Shown here: in pieces, positions 20,005-29,513 of the stretch
Numbering within the stretch: the stretch's first letter is position 1
How the letters are laid out: each line of letters opens with the position of its first letter
NCBI GenBank assembly: GCA_046318155.1
Contig: JBKCUU010000011.1
Location: 38,922-102,921 of the forward strand
Direction of reading: 5' to 3'
Source: Bdellovibrio sp.
GTDB taxonomy: Bacteria > Bdellovibrionota > Bdellovibrionia > Bdellovibrionales > Bdellovibrionaceae
DNA: 64,000 bases
Position numbers and translations under genes: made by a program
Notes under the pieces: generated by a model
What the model was told of the DNA's origin: nothing
Seen by the model: the letters and a program-made list of their open reading frames with translations, nothing else
The model's database searches: none

Positions 20005-21431
20005 GGGCGGGCCTCGTTTTTAGCAGCGGCGTCTTTCAAGGCAACGACCGGTCTGGGGGCTGTCGGCTGTTTTGAAGGCGCGGGGAGAATCCAATTTTTT
20101 TGTGTGAGCCGGTCGGCCTGTGTCGTGAGATCCACTTTGGGATCAATCATCAATTGCGCGGGCCGCGAATTGAGTGAAACCCAAGCCTCGGCATAAACGG
20201 CGACATCAAAACCTTTGCCTTTAAAATCATCACGAATCAAATGAGCCATTTGTAAAATTAAATCGGGTTGGCCCGACATCTCGAGCTCTTGGTGCTGTGC
20301 TAAGTATTGGGCCGGCGACACGTCCCAAGTTCGATCAGACTTTCGGTCGACCACTTTAAAGGTCACTTGACCATTCTTCTCTCGAACCATCACCTTCCAA
20401 GAAAAACGCATGCCTTCTTCCGACCACAACAAGTGACTGTCATAGGCCAGGTGCCTGAGCGGCATTAAAAATTGGAAGCAAACCCACGAGCCAATTCCGG
20501 CCTGGAGCAGAAAACCTCGGGCTCTGGACAAGCTCGGCGCGGTCGAAGTTACGCTTGGGGCTGAGACTGAATCTCGATCCACCCGCCAAGGCGTCAAGGT
20601 TTGGAGATGTGCCGCAAGCTGAAGCGGCCACGTTGGCGAAAAGAAGACTGTGGCCATGCCGATCATGATGAGTGGAAAGAGTCCAATCGGAAAGAACAGA
20701 CTCGTCAACGCGTGAAAGACGACGATGACACCGTAAGCGACCAAACGCGTGCGCGGAATCAGCATCCAAATCCAAATCGTCGTATCAAATAAAAAGCCCG
20801 ACCAGGCCATCACATACTGAACCCAAGTTTGCGTGAGCCATGTGCCGATCAAAGGGAGATCGCCTTGGGCCATCATCCAGCCGTGCATGGGCTGAGCAAA
20901 AAGCAACCAATCCGATCCGAGTTTGGCGATGCCCGCAAAAAAATAAACGGTGGCCACCTGAAACCGAAGCAAATTCAAGCACCACGCGGGTGCAGTTTTG
21001 TTTTCGGTGGTCCATCCAAAGACGACGTCAAGCGAAAGCCGGGTGTTCAAAGGTAAAAATAAATTTAAAAAGGCGAGCAGCGAAACCAGGTAGTAGTGGT
21101 TTAAGTAATTCGAGAGGTCCATCAACTCGATGTAAGTAAAACTTAAAAACAGCGCCAAGCTTGCAAAGCGGTATAAAAATCCAAAGGCGACGGCCAAGCC
21201 ACTGAGGATCCCGATCACGAACAAAGCATACACAAAAACTGGCGCGGGGACAGTGACCCAGTCAAAGCCCCAATAGCTAAAGAAGTGCGTGGGTTCAATA
21301 AACGAGCGCTCCAGCCAGCCGTTCCACCAAAAACGCGTCAAACTCCAGGCGACCAAAAGCCCAAAGTACACCCGGTAAAAAACCAGGGACGCATTATCAT
21401 GAGAGCGCAGGAGCCAGGAGCTCTTAATCAT
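20001..21431 (-). CDS. HTTM-domain protein (vitamin K-dependent gamma-carboxylase-like)
   Basis: YLNHYYL, YFFAGIAKL..DWL, FH......F.IGLFP, FSWKVM, QPDLILQMAH, SLNSRP.Q..IDP motifs; start at MIKSS overlaps the imelysin stop. Confidence 0.92.
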   Translation of the reverse strand: MIKSSWLLRSHDNASLVFYRVYFGLLVAWSLTRFWWNGWLERSFIEPTHFFSYWGFDWVTVPAPVFVYALFVIGILSGLAVAFGFLYRFASLALFLSFTYIELMDLSNYLNHYYLVSLLAFLNLFLPLNTRLSLDVVFGWTTENKTAPAWCLNLLRFQVATVYFFAGIAKLGSDWLLFAQPMHGWMMAQGDLPLIGTWLTQTWVQYVMAWSGFLFDTTIWIWMLIPRTRLVAYGVIVVFHALTSLFFPIGLFPLIMIGMATVFFSPTWPLQLAAHLQTLTPWRVDRDSVSAPSVTSTAPSLSRARGFLLQAGIGSWVCFQFLMPLRHLAYDSHLLWSEEGMRFSWKVMVREKNGQVTFKVVDRKSDRTWDVSPAQYLAQHQELEMSGQPDLILQMAHLIRDDFKGKGFDVAVYAEAWVSLNSRPAQLMIDPKVDLTTQADRLTQKNWILPAPSKQPTAPRPVVALKDAAAKNEARP

Positions 21432-22704
21432 TGTCCCCTTCGATGGTTTTCGGTGGCCGCAGGTCAAAAACGCTCAAGAATTCGGATTTCATCAAGATGC
21501 TGACTTGGCGAATATCTTGAAAAAGAGCGCAAGCGGGAACAAGGCGCGAATCCCAAGTGGTTTTTGCGCACTCATTGGCATCAAGGGTGGCCAAGATTGT
21601 CTGCATGGATTCATTTTGCATTTGGGTCGATTGTTTGACCGCGCGGTCAATGGCATCATGCAAACGATCAGCAACATCGGAACGGCCCAGTTTTTTAAGG
21701 CCATCATCAAGGCCAAACCCAAGCTCGTCTCGAGATTTTGCACCCCAGAATAAAATCTGAAGCATCGAGAGGTTTTCTTTGATCGCCGCAAAGCTTAAAT
21801 CTGAATAGCGAAGCTCGGCTTGCTCGGGGCAGCTCGCACTCAAGCAATCTTTGTGACGTCCTAAGGGCTTTCCAAGTTTGGAGTCCTTTATGACCTCAAT
21901 GCGAAAGAGATGATCAGAAAAATCATTCAAAGAGGCCTGTGCCGTTTTGTATCTTGAACCGTCGACGAGGGCTTTTGCAAAGTGCCCTTCAGCGGGGTTC
22001 CAGGCTTTCCAAAGAAGAGCCGTTTTATCCTCAAGGTCTTTGGCGAGGCCGGCGGCCATTGTACAACGCGACTGGCGTTTTTCGAGCACAGGCTTTTCGG
22101 ACCAGATTTTGGTTTCGGGATAAGCTCTGGAGTTGCACACGCTGACTAAAGATTTTTCAAACAGAAGGTACTCGAGAGCTGAAAGCCCTTTGATCGTATG
22201 AAGTAAGCGGGCCGCAGGTGTGCGCTCGGTTGGTGACTGAAGAACTTCGCGGTCAATTCCACAGTAGTTCACGATCGGCCACGCATAAATATTGTCGATC
22301 AAAAAATTGCCATTGTCTTCAAGCGGACCGATGGGCGCCGCGAGCAAGGCTTGAAAACGCAAAAGAGCTGCTTTGTATTTATTTTGAAGCTCCATCCATT
22401 TTGCATCCGTCAGATTTTCGCAGGCGCCGTCCAGACCCAAGGCAAAAACCTGAGCTTCAACTTGGTACTCTTTTACTTTTTGGGTCAGTAACAGCCCCAT
22501 GTTGTAGAGCATTTTTTCTTTAGTGAATTCGCCCTCATTTGGTTTTTGCAGCTCCGGAGGGAGCGGCTTTTGGGGGCCGGCGGGTGTGCCGGGCGCAGGT
22601 GGATTGTTCGCCTCGGGTTTATTGTTGTTGGTGAAGTCACTGCAAGCGACGAGGGCAAGTGTGAGAAAAAGCAGAGGCAGTTGTTTGTAGTTCAGTGAGT
22701 TCAT
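21424..22704 (-). CDS. Imelysin-family lipoprotein
   Basis: Lipobox LVAC; IYAWP, KGLSALEYLLF, KLGKPLG motifs; C-terminal GDND. Confidence 0.88.
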   Translation of the reverse strand: MNSLNYKQLPLLFLTLALVACSDFTNNNKPEANNPPAPGTPAGPQKPLPPELQKPNEGEFTKEKMLYNMGLLLTQKVKEYQVEAQVFALGLDGACENLTDAKWMELQNKYKAALLRFQALLAAPIGPLEDNGNFLIDNIYAWPIVNYCGIDREVLQSPTERTPAARLLHTIKGLSALEYLLFEKSLVSVCNSRAYPETKIWSEKPVLEKRQSRCTMAAGLAKDLEDKTALLWKAWNPAEGHFAKALVDGSRYKTAQASLNDFSDHLFRIEVIKDSKLGKPLGRHKDCLSASCPEQAELRYSDLSFAAIKENLSMLQILFWGAKSRDELGFGLDDGLKKLGRSDVADRLHDAIDRAVKQSTQMQNESMQTILATLDANECAKTTWDSRLVPACALFQDIRQVSILMKSEFLSVFDLRPPKTIEGDND

Positions 22705-22707
22705 CCG

Positions 22708-23334
22708 TTACTCCAAGTCATAATCAAGCGGGACTAGGAAATCCCAGTAGGTACGGTTCAGTTCTTTCGGAATCGGTTCGAGGCGCGCTAAAGATTTAAG
22801 AATTTTGAGGGCATCTTGATTGATCGAATCATAGGGGCTTGCCTGGCGCAGCTCTGTGTTTTGAACTTCACCTGAAGCCAAAACTCGAAAGGTCAGAACG
22901 ACGCGGCCGGTGTGTCCCAACCGGCGAGCGGCCGGTGGGTAAGTCTTTTGCTTAGCAATCTGCGTGCGAACATAATGTTCGTAGCGTGATTGAAGACTGA
23001 TTTGCGAGGCCGTTTCAGCGACTTGAGATGAAGTGCCTTGCGCCGAGGGAACGTCTGCCGAAGAACTTGGACCAGAGTCCGCAGCCTGATCTAGCGCCGG
23101 AGTTGCGAGATCTGTCTTTGAGTTTGCGGTGCCTTCGATTGGCCGTGGCTTGCTGGCGACGAGTTGGTTTTTTTCGCGAACGTCAGTCTTGAGCGGCAGC
23201 AAAGTTTGGATTTCGATGGGTTGCTGACCGGTGTTCGATAGATCCGGAAAAAATCTCAGACCGCCCATCAGGGCGACCAGAGAGACGTGCAGACCGAGCG
23301 AAAGGCCAATGGCTCCGCGCCGCTTCAACTTCAT
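22708..23334 (-). CDS. tonB: Energy transducer TonB
   Basis: N-terminal TM with SxxxH; C-terminal YP..ARR.G..G.V...F.V...G domain. Confidence 0.88.
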   Translation of the reverse strand: MKLKRRGAIGLSLGLHVSLVALMGGLRFFPDLSNTGQQPIEIQTLLPLKTDVREKNQLVASKPRPIEGTANSKTDLATPALDQAADSGPSSSADVPSAQGTSSQVAETASQISLQSRYEHYVRTQIAKQKTYPPAARRLGHTGRVVLTFRVLASGEVQNTELRQASPYDSINQDALKILKSLARLEPIPKELNRTYWDFLVPLDYDLE

Positions 23335-24317
23335 TTATAACCAATTTCCGAAAATATTTGGCGGGCTTGGGGAACAAAAGTTCCAATTTGCGACCAAGGA
23401 GTCGAATCCGTTTTGAAGGTGCCCCAGTCTTTGATGAAAGTATTGGGAATCAAACCTTGAATGACGGGGTAGTCCAAGTGGCCTGATGAAATTTGCAATT
23501 GAACCTCCTCGGTTAACAAGAGCTCGATAAATTTCTGCGCTAACGCTAGCTTCTGAGAAGTTTTCAAAATTCCCATGCCCGAACCATTTGTGTGAACGCC
23601 ACCTTTTGATTGCTCGAGGAACTGGATTTTGACCGGGAAGTTGGGCTTTTGTGCGACGATCCCAGCCAAGTAATACGAATTGACGATGCCAACGTCGCAC
23701 ACACCCGTTGCGATCGCTTCAAGTAAAGCGGTGTCATTTGGAAACACAGTCGTCGCCAAGTTCGCAATAAATCCCATCAGAATTTCTTTTGCTTTTTCTG
23801 CACCGTAAGTCGAGATCAAGTAGGCTCCAAGTGCTTCGCTATAACCTCCGCTTGAACTGCGTAGGCACAAGCGCCCTGCCCATTTTGCATCCGCGAGATC
23901 TGCATAGTTATTAATGTCAGAAGCGTTCACGCGAGAGGGGTCGAAGGCGGCCGTCCGAGCGCGGAAGGTCAGGCCGATCCAAAGATTTTGGGGGTCGCGC
24001 ATGGCGGGGATGACTCGTGAGGTTTCGCGTGTGGTTGCCATGGGTTGGAACAAATTTTTTTGCGAAGCCTCAATCAAATTCACAAGGTCCTTGGTCATGA
24101 GACTATCGGCCGGAGTCTGGCTGCCTTCAGCGGTCAGTTTTGCAATCAAAGCCGGATATCCAGCTTCGACGATGATAACCTTCTCTCCCGTCAATGCTTG
24201 AAATTTTTGAGCAACAGGTGTGAGGCGAGCGGTGGGTCGGTCTGTGTAAAGTGTCAGGTCAGCGGTTGCCGTCTGCGCGGTCAAAGCGACCAAAAGAGCC
24301 ATAGCTGTTTTTTTCAT
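23331..24317 (-). CDS. Fe(III) ABC substrate-binding protein (FutA/FbpA type)
   Basis: YTDR, L..EG..TPAD, W.GRLCLR, G.CDVGIVNSYY motifs. Confidence 0.88.
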   Translation of the reverse strand: MKKTAMALLVALTAQTATADLTLYTDRPTARLTPVAQKFQALTGEKVIIVEAGYPALIAKLTAEGSQTPADSLMTKDLVNLIEASQKNLFQPMATTRETSRVIPAMRDPQNLWIGLTFRARTAAFDPSRVNASDINNYADLADAKWAGRLCLRSSSGGYSEALGAYLISTYGAEKAKEILMGFIANLATTVFPNDTALLEAIATGVCDVGIVNSYYLAGIVAQKPNFPVKIQFLEQSKGGVHTNGSGMGILKTSQKLALAQKFIELLLTEEVQLQISSGHLDYPVIQGLIPNTFIKDWGTFKTDSTPWSQIGTFVPQARQIFSEIGYK

Positions 24318-24424
24318 TTGCTTCTCCTGAGAGTAGAGTTAGGTTGTGCCCGATGATTTAACCGCTTTTTATCTTTCGGTGAAGGTTTGAAAAAAAACCT
24401 CGGCATTTGCAAGTCTGCTGACAG

Positions 24425-24446
24425 CCAAATGAAAGCGAAATGAAAT
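24425..24446. promoter_or_regulatory. Recurrent motif, copy 2 (CCAAATGAAAGCGAAATGAAAT)
   Basis: Lies in the divergent spacer between the iron operon and the PhnD-like operon; near-identical to the reverse complement of 10423-10444. Confidence 0.55.
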
Positions 24447-24456
24447 GGAGTGACGA

Positions 24457-25335
24457 ATGCCAATGATAAATGCAGTTCTAGGTCTTATCTTGATGTTTTC
24501 TTGCCACAGCATGAGCCAAACAACGAAAGAGGTTTCGACGTTCGTGATTGCTCTCAAACCTGATAAAAATCCTGAAGCCATGATTCAAGAGCGCAAGGAG
24601 CTCGAAGCTTACTTGGCTCTAGAAACTGGACGCAAAGTTCAAGTTGTGATTCCGTTAACGGGCTCGGTCATCCAAGAGGGCTTTATCAACGGCACGATCG
24701 ATCTAGCTTACGTCTCAGGACTTGAGATGGTTCGCGCCGCAAAAACGAAGGCCGCTGATCTCTTGCTCGTCACCGAGGTTGATGGGAGGACCTCCTATGA
24801 ATCTTATTGGGTCAGCCTTAAAGACAAGCCCTATGCAAAAGTGCAAGACCTCAAAGGAAAGCCCGTCACTTTTGCCAGCCGTACGAGCACATCAGGCTTT
24901 TTGATTCCTATGGCCGACTTGGTGCAAAAAAAGTTGATGAAAGAAAAAGCGGCGCCCGAAGATTTCTTTGGCGCCGGCCATGTGACTTTTGGCACAGGTT
25001 ATGTCTCTGCGATTGAACGCGTGCTTGCGGGTCAATCAGAAGCCGCGGCCGTGAGTGACTATGTCATGAAAAAAGACAAACATCTCACGCCCGAGCAAAA
25101 AGAAAAATTGAAAATCGTGACCAAGCAAGGGCCAGTGCCCACTCACATCTTAGCGGTCCGCTCTTCGTTGAAAAAAGAAGACCGAGAGCTCTTGCAAAAG
25201 GCGCTGCTCAAGCTCAACAAAAAAACAGAACTCCGGGACCGCTTATTTACGGCAAAGCTGGTTAAGACGACGTATGACAAACATGTGTCGTCTTTGGCGA
25301 AAGCGCTCGAGCAAACCGGCATCGTGCTGGAGTAA
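24457..25335 (+). CDS. Phosphate/phosphite/phosphonate ABC substrate-binding protein (PhnD-like)
   Basis: DLKGK...F....STSGFLIP motif; signal peptide. Confidence 0.85.
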   Translation: MPMINAVLGLILMFSCHSMSQTTKEVSTFVIALKPDKNPEAMIQERKELEAYLALETGRKVQVVIPLTGSVIQEGFINGTIDLAYVSGLEMVRAAKTKAADLLLVTEVDGRTSYESYWVSLKDKPYAKVQDLKGKPVTFASRTSTSGFLIPMADLVQKKLMKEKAAPEDFFGAGHVTFGTGYVSAIERVLAGQSEAAAVSDYVMKKDKHLTPEQKEKLKIVTKQGPVPTHILAVRSSLKKEDRELLQKALLKLNKKTELRDRLFTAKLVKTTYDKHVSSLAKALEQTGIVLE

Positions 25336-25340
25336 CTGAA

Positions 25341-25976
25341 TTGATCAAAGTCCAGAATCTTTTTTTGCAAATTGGAGACCGGGTCCTCGTTGAGGATTTG
25401 AGCTTTCGAGTCGCGCCCGGAGAAGTTGTGGCGTTTATGGGGAGCTCAGGCTGCGGCAAGACATCCGTGCTGAAAACGCTCACGCAAGAGAGGCCTTTGC
25501 AAAAAGGGCACGTCTCGTTCGAAAAGGACTGGGCCGAGATTCCGCAAGACGAATCCTTAAATCCGGAACTCAGTGCTTTGCAAAATGTGAATGTGGGACT
25601 GCTGAAGGATGTTTCATTCTGGTCTGGATTCAAAAAAATTAAAAGTGAACAGCCTCGCATTATGGAGCTGCTCAAAGTCTGGGGTCTCGCAAATCCTGAT
25701 CAGAAAGTAAATTCGCTCTCGGGCGGGGAGAAGCAGCGCGTGTGCCTGGTGCGCGCGCTCGTCACGGAATGGAAAATTCTTTTTGCCGACGAGCCCATTT
25801 CTCAGCTTGATGAAACCAATGCTCATAAAGTCCTTTCTGCACTGCGAGAGGAGGCCAAGCGGCGAAACGGATCAATCGTTTGGGCACTTCACCAACCTGA
25901 GCTCGCGAGAAAGTATTCGGATCGCATTTTGGTTTTTGACGGACGTGGGCATGTTCAGCCCGAAGGTCAGCGATGA
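25341..25976 (+). CDS. ABC transporter ATPase (PhnC-like)
   Basis: GSSGCGKT, LSGGEKQRV, ADEPISQLD, LHQ motifs. Confidence 0.88.
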   Translation: MIKVQNLFLQIGDRVLVEDLSFRVAPGEVVAFMGSSGCGKTSVLKTLTQERPLQKGHVSFEKDWAEIPQDESLNPELSALQNVNVGLLKDVSFWSGFKKIKSEQPRIMELLKVWGLANPDQKVNSLSGGEKQRVCLVRALVTEWKILFADEPISQLDETNAHKVLSALREEAKRRNGSIVWALHQPELARKYSDRILVFDGRGHVQPEGQR

Positions 25977-26731
25977 GAATTAAAAGTAAGACCCTCTTCG
26001 GTTGGCTCGCTCTTCTCGTCTTGATTGCGCTTGCGTGGCCTGCCTTTCAAGGGTCGGACCGAGACCTGGATTCAGTCGGCTCGTTCTTACATTTTTTTGT
26101 CCGCTTTTTTCCGCCCGACTTTTCGGATGGCCAGGAGTTGTTAAATGGGCTGATCGAAACGGCACAAATTGGATTTTTAGCGACGGTCATTGCCGCCGTC
26201 TTGTCGCTTGGCCTTGGTCTCTTGGGTGGTCCCTGGGTTCATCGGTCGGGACAATTCTCGGTGTTGTCCTTGTTTGCACTGATTCGATCGGTCCCAAGTC
26301 TTGTTTGGGCTGTCATTGCTGTTGCCGCCGTGGGGCCGTTTCCGCGAGCCGGGGTCATTGCACTTACATTTTACTCGATCGGCTATCTCGGAAAATTTTT
26401 GCTCGATGATTTGCGGACACTCAATATGGACCTCACGCGCATGTACCTGCGCTGGGGGCTTTCACCGCTGTGGTCGTTTTACTTGGGATTTTGGCCGCAG
26501 CTTAAAGCCCGCTACTTGGCTCATTGCGTGTGGATGCTTGAGTACAATATTCGTTCGGCAGCGATTATCGGTTACGTCGGAGCGGGCGGCTTAGGCCTCA
26601 GGCTTCACGCGTACCAAGAATACGGGCAGTGGCGGCGCTTCTGTGCGGTCTTGATCATGATCCTTGCAATCGTTCTTCTCTTTGAAATTGTTTCGCGTTT
26701 TCAAGGGCGCCCGAAGCGGCGCGCGAACTAA
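25973..26731 (+). CDS. ABC permease (PhnE-like)
   Basis: FFPPD, RSVP.LVWA, EYNIRSAAIIGYVGAGGLG motifs. Confidence 0.88.
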   Translation: MRIKSKTLFGWLALLVLIALAWPAFQGSDRDLDSVGSFLHFFVRFFPPDFSDGQELLNGLIETAQIGFLATVIAAVLSLGLGLLGGPWVHRSGQFSVLSLFALIRSVPSLVWAVIAVAAVGPFPRAGVIALTFYSIGYLGKFLLDDLRTLNMDLTRMYLRWGLSPLWSFYLGFWPQLKARYLAHCVWMLEYNIRSAAIIGYVGAGGLGLRLHAYQEYGQWRRFCAVLIMILAIVLLFEIVSRFQGRPKRRAN

Positions 26732-28713
26732 AACGCGTAGCTCGCTGTTAATCGAACATCACGGCCCACTTCCTTGATAGCCGATCCATGCCGGCGGTAG
26801 CTCCGGTCTAAGACGTTGTTGATCCGCAAGTTTGCCGACCAGATCGATTCTTTAAAGGTCACATAAATATCCTGAGCATAATACTCCGGCGTGTTCGCAG
26901 AACCTGTGGGGACACGAGCTTGTTCTAGAGCCCACTTGGCATCTGTACCCAAAGTCAAATGATCGCTCAAGTATGTTTCAGCTCTTAAATTGAATTGGTC
27001 TGCCGGTGTATCCGCTAGAGGTTCTTCCAAAGCGACATCTTTTGAAAGAACAAAACCGTAGGAGAGCCCGGCACCCCAATTCGATTGTTGATAAAAGCTT
27101 GAGAGCTCAATTCCGTTCAGCCTGACCTCGTCGATATTGATAAAGTTCGTCGTCGTGGCCATGACATTCTGTTGAATAAAGTCCCGAGCTGTTGTTTGAA
27201 AGTACGTCCCCGTCCAGCGCAGCAGAGACTCGTCCGCAAACTGGCGTTGGTTTTTGAATCCAACTTCGAATGTTTCGGCCCGTTCAGGTTTGAGATCGGG
27301 GTTGGGGACAAAGAAATTGCCCGGAAAATGAATGCCAGAAACGTAAAGGTCTTGCAGGCGCGGAGCATTGAACGCCTGTCCCCAGCCTGCAAAGACGATC
27401 TGTTTGGGATTGTACTCGAAGGAGGCGTACATTTTTGCCGAGGTCTTTTCGCCCGATGTTGATTTGGCTCCTCCTTCCAGATCTTCGGTGCTGTAAGAGT
27501 CATGACGAAGTCCGGGTGTGAGCGTGAGAACTTCATTCACAATCACAGAAGGTTGAGCGTACACGCCCACTTGTTGACCACGGCCATCTGGAAAGGAAGC
27601 GAGCGCTCCCGTCCCTCGCGTGCCGGTGTTACGGTCCGTAAATGTTTCGGTGCCAAAAGTAATGACCGACCGGACGGATTCAGAAAATACGAACGCAAAG
27701 TTATTCCACAAGTCGATGCCGGTCGTTTCGACCGTTTGTGTGTCGGTTCGTTGATCAGAGACGCGAATTTTTTCGACTTTGGTTTTTCGGTAAAACGGTT
27801 TGGCGTGAAAGTCCCAATCGGCATTCTTAAATTGGTAGGCACCCACAAGGTCTTGCTTAACGCTGGTCATGTCTGCGGCCGGGTTGGCTGGTGCCAGTTC
27901 ATTGTTTGGATTGATCAGGGTGTCGGCCTTTTCTTGTCTGGTTCCTAACTTGAGATGAAAATGGTGTTTATCGCTCCAGCGAAATCCGAGTGACCCGTAT
28001 AGATCATCCGCTTCACTGGCCGAATACGCGAGACGCTCATCGCTACCGAGTCTGACATCTCGGGCTTTGGAAGAGTGCACCGAGACGAGCGGTTCAAAGA
28101 TTCCAAATTTGCCAAAAGCAGTGAGGCGCTGACCGAACTGATCAGCGGCCGAGGCAGCTTCAACGCCGAGTTCGGCTCCACGCTGCTTTCCGGTGCGCCG
28201 AATGATATCCGCTGCTGTTGAGCGACGAAAACTAATCACGCCGCCCATGGCGCCGCTACCGTAGAGCGAGGACCAGGGGCCCTTAACGACTTCGATACTT
28301 TCCATTAAAGAAAAATCCGTGAACAGACGTCCGTTGTGACCACTCTGGAAGTTTTGCCTGACGCCTTCATCTAGGATCAGAATCCGGTCAGAGCCGAGCC
28401 CTCGAATTTGCGGGAGTTCGGCCGCTCCTCTTGGGCCACCAACAAATTCGACGTTGGGTTCAAAATCTAACAGGTCACCCAGAGTTGAGCCGGCCCGTTC
28501 ATTGATTTGGCTTTGATCTTTATGGGCAAAGCTGCCGGGAGTGCTAACGAGTGGTGCGCCTTGTTTGTCGAGCTGGGAGCGAATTTCGACGGGAGCAAGC
28601 TCGGTCACTGATGATTCAGAGGCTTGAGCAAAGGAGATCGAAGCGAACAAAAAAGCCAGCCCCGCGACCGCAAGTTCAAGTAAGTGGCGAAACATGATTA
28701 CAGATTCCTTCAT
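26728..28713 (-). CDS. TonB-dependent heme/hemoprotein receptor
   Basis: EVVKGP.SSLYGSGAMGGVI; FNAP...H...NPDLKPE (FRAP/NPNL box); C-terminal Phe. Confidence 0.85.
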   Translation of the reverse strand: MKESVIMFRHLLELAVAGLAFLFASISFAQASESSVTELAPVEIRSQLDKQGAPLVSTPGSFAHKDQSQINERAGSTLGDLLDFEPNVEFVGGPRGAAELPQIRGLGSDRILILDEGVRQNFQSGHNGRLFTDFSLMESIEVVKGPWSSLYGSGAMGGVISFRRSTAADIIRRTGKQRGAELGVEAASAADQFGQRLTAFGKFGIFEPLVSVHSSKARDVRLGSDERLAYSASEADDLYGSLGFRWSDKHHFHLKLGTRQEKADTLINPNNELAPANPAADMTSVKQDLVGAYQFKNADWDFHAKPFYRKTKVEKIRVSDQRTDTQTVETTGIDLWNNFAFVFSESVRSVITFGTETFTDRNTGTRGTGALASFPDGRGQQVGVYAQPSVIVNEVLTLTPGLRHDSYSTEDLEGGAKSTSGEKTSAKMYASFEYNPKQIVFAGWGQAFNAPRLQDLYVSGIHFPGNFFVPNPDLKPERAETFEVGFKNQRQFADESLLRWTGTYFQTTARDFIQQNVMATTTNFINIDEVRLNGIELSSFYQQSNWGAGLSYGFVLSKDVALEEPLADTPADQFNLRAETYLSDHLTLGTDAKWALEQARVPTGSANTPEYYAQDIYVTFKESIWSANLRINNVLDRSYRRHGSAIKEVGRDVRLTASYAF

Positions 28714-28875
28714 CTTAGTTTGGTGATGACCCAGATCTTAGTCATAATTCAGTCATTTTGAAAAGGCACGCTTCAAACAAAAGCCGTTTAATTGCATTTC
28801 AAAACAGAGTCTGACCACCAGACCTGGATGCAAATACCGTAGACGGGCTCCTTCCCAGCAGATGAAAATAGGGTT

Positions 28876-29502
28876 GTGCTGCAAGTTCACGAAAACGAAA
28901 GATTTAATACCTTTTCACATTTCTTCGCGACTATTTTTTCGGGCGCAGGTTCCATTTATCTGCTGTTGAGGTCGATCTCGAGTACCGATCTCATGCAGTT
29001 TGCCGCCTTTGTCGTTTACGCCGTCTCGACTGTGGGTTTGTTTGGTATCTCGACATTTTACCACGGCAGCCAGGGGCATCACCGTGTGCTTTTTCAGCGC
29101 ATGGATTACATGGGGATCTACCTCAAAATCGCGGGAAACTACACGCCCTACACCGTGCTTTTTTTATCAGGCAATGATCTGATTTTGGTGCTGGGAACGG
29201 TTTGGGGCTTGGCCCTTATCGGGATTCTAGTTGAGTATTTATTCGAAGCCAGAAAGCGAAATGTGGCCTTATTCCTCTATGTCGCGATGGCGTCGAGCAT
29301 TCTGCTTGCGGCCGGCCATTTTATTCAGCGTGTGTCGATGCTTAGTTTAATCTTGATCGGACTTGGCTACTCCTCATACGCCGTCGGTGTTTATTTTTAT
29401 CTGAATGACCATCGCTTAAAATGGGGTCATGAAATCTGGCATGTGTGCGTGATCTGCGGCAGTTTCTTTCAGTACCTGCCGCTCGCGCTCTACTTAACTT
29501 AA
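28876..29502 (+). CDS. Hemolysin III / PAQR family membrane protein
   Basis: E..N..SH, STFYH, D...IY..IAG.YTP, HEIWH motifs. Confidence 0.9.
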   Translation: MLQVHENERFNTFSHFFATIFSGAGSIYLLLRSISSTDLMQFAAFVVYAVSTVGLFGISTFYHGSQGHHRVLFQRMDYMGIYLKIAGNYTPYTVLFLSGNDLILVLGTVWGLALIGILVEYLFEARKRNVALFLYVAMASSILLAAGHFIQRVSMLSLILIGLGYSSYAVGVYFYLNDHRLKWGHEIWHVCVICGSFFQYLPLALYLT

Positions 29503-29513
29503 GGCCCGGGCAC

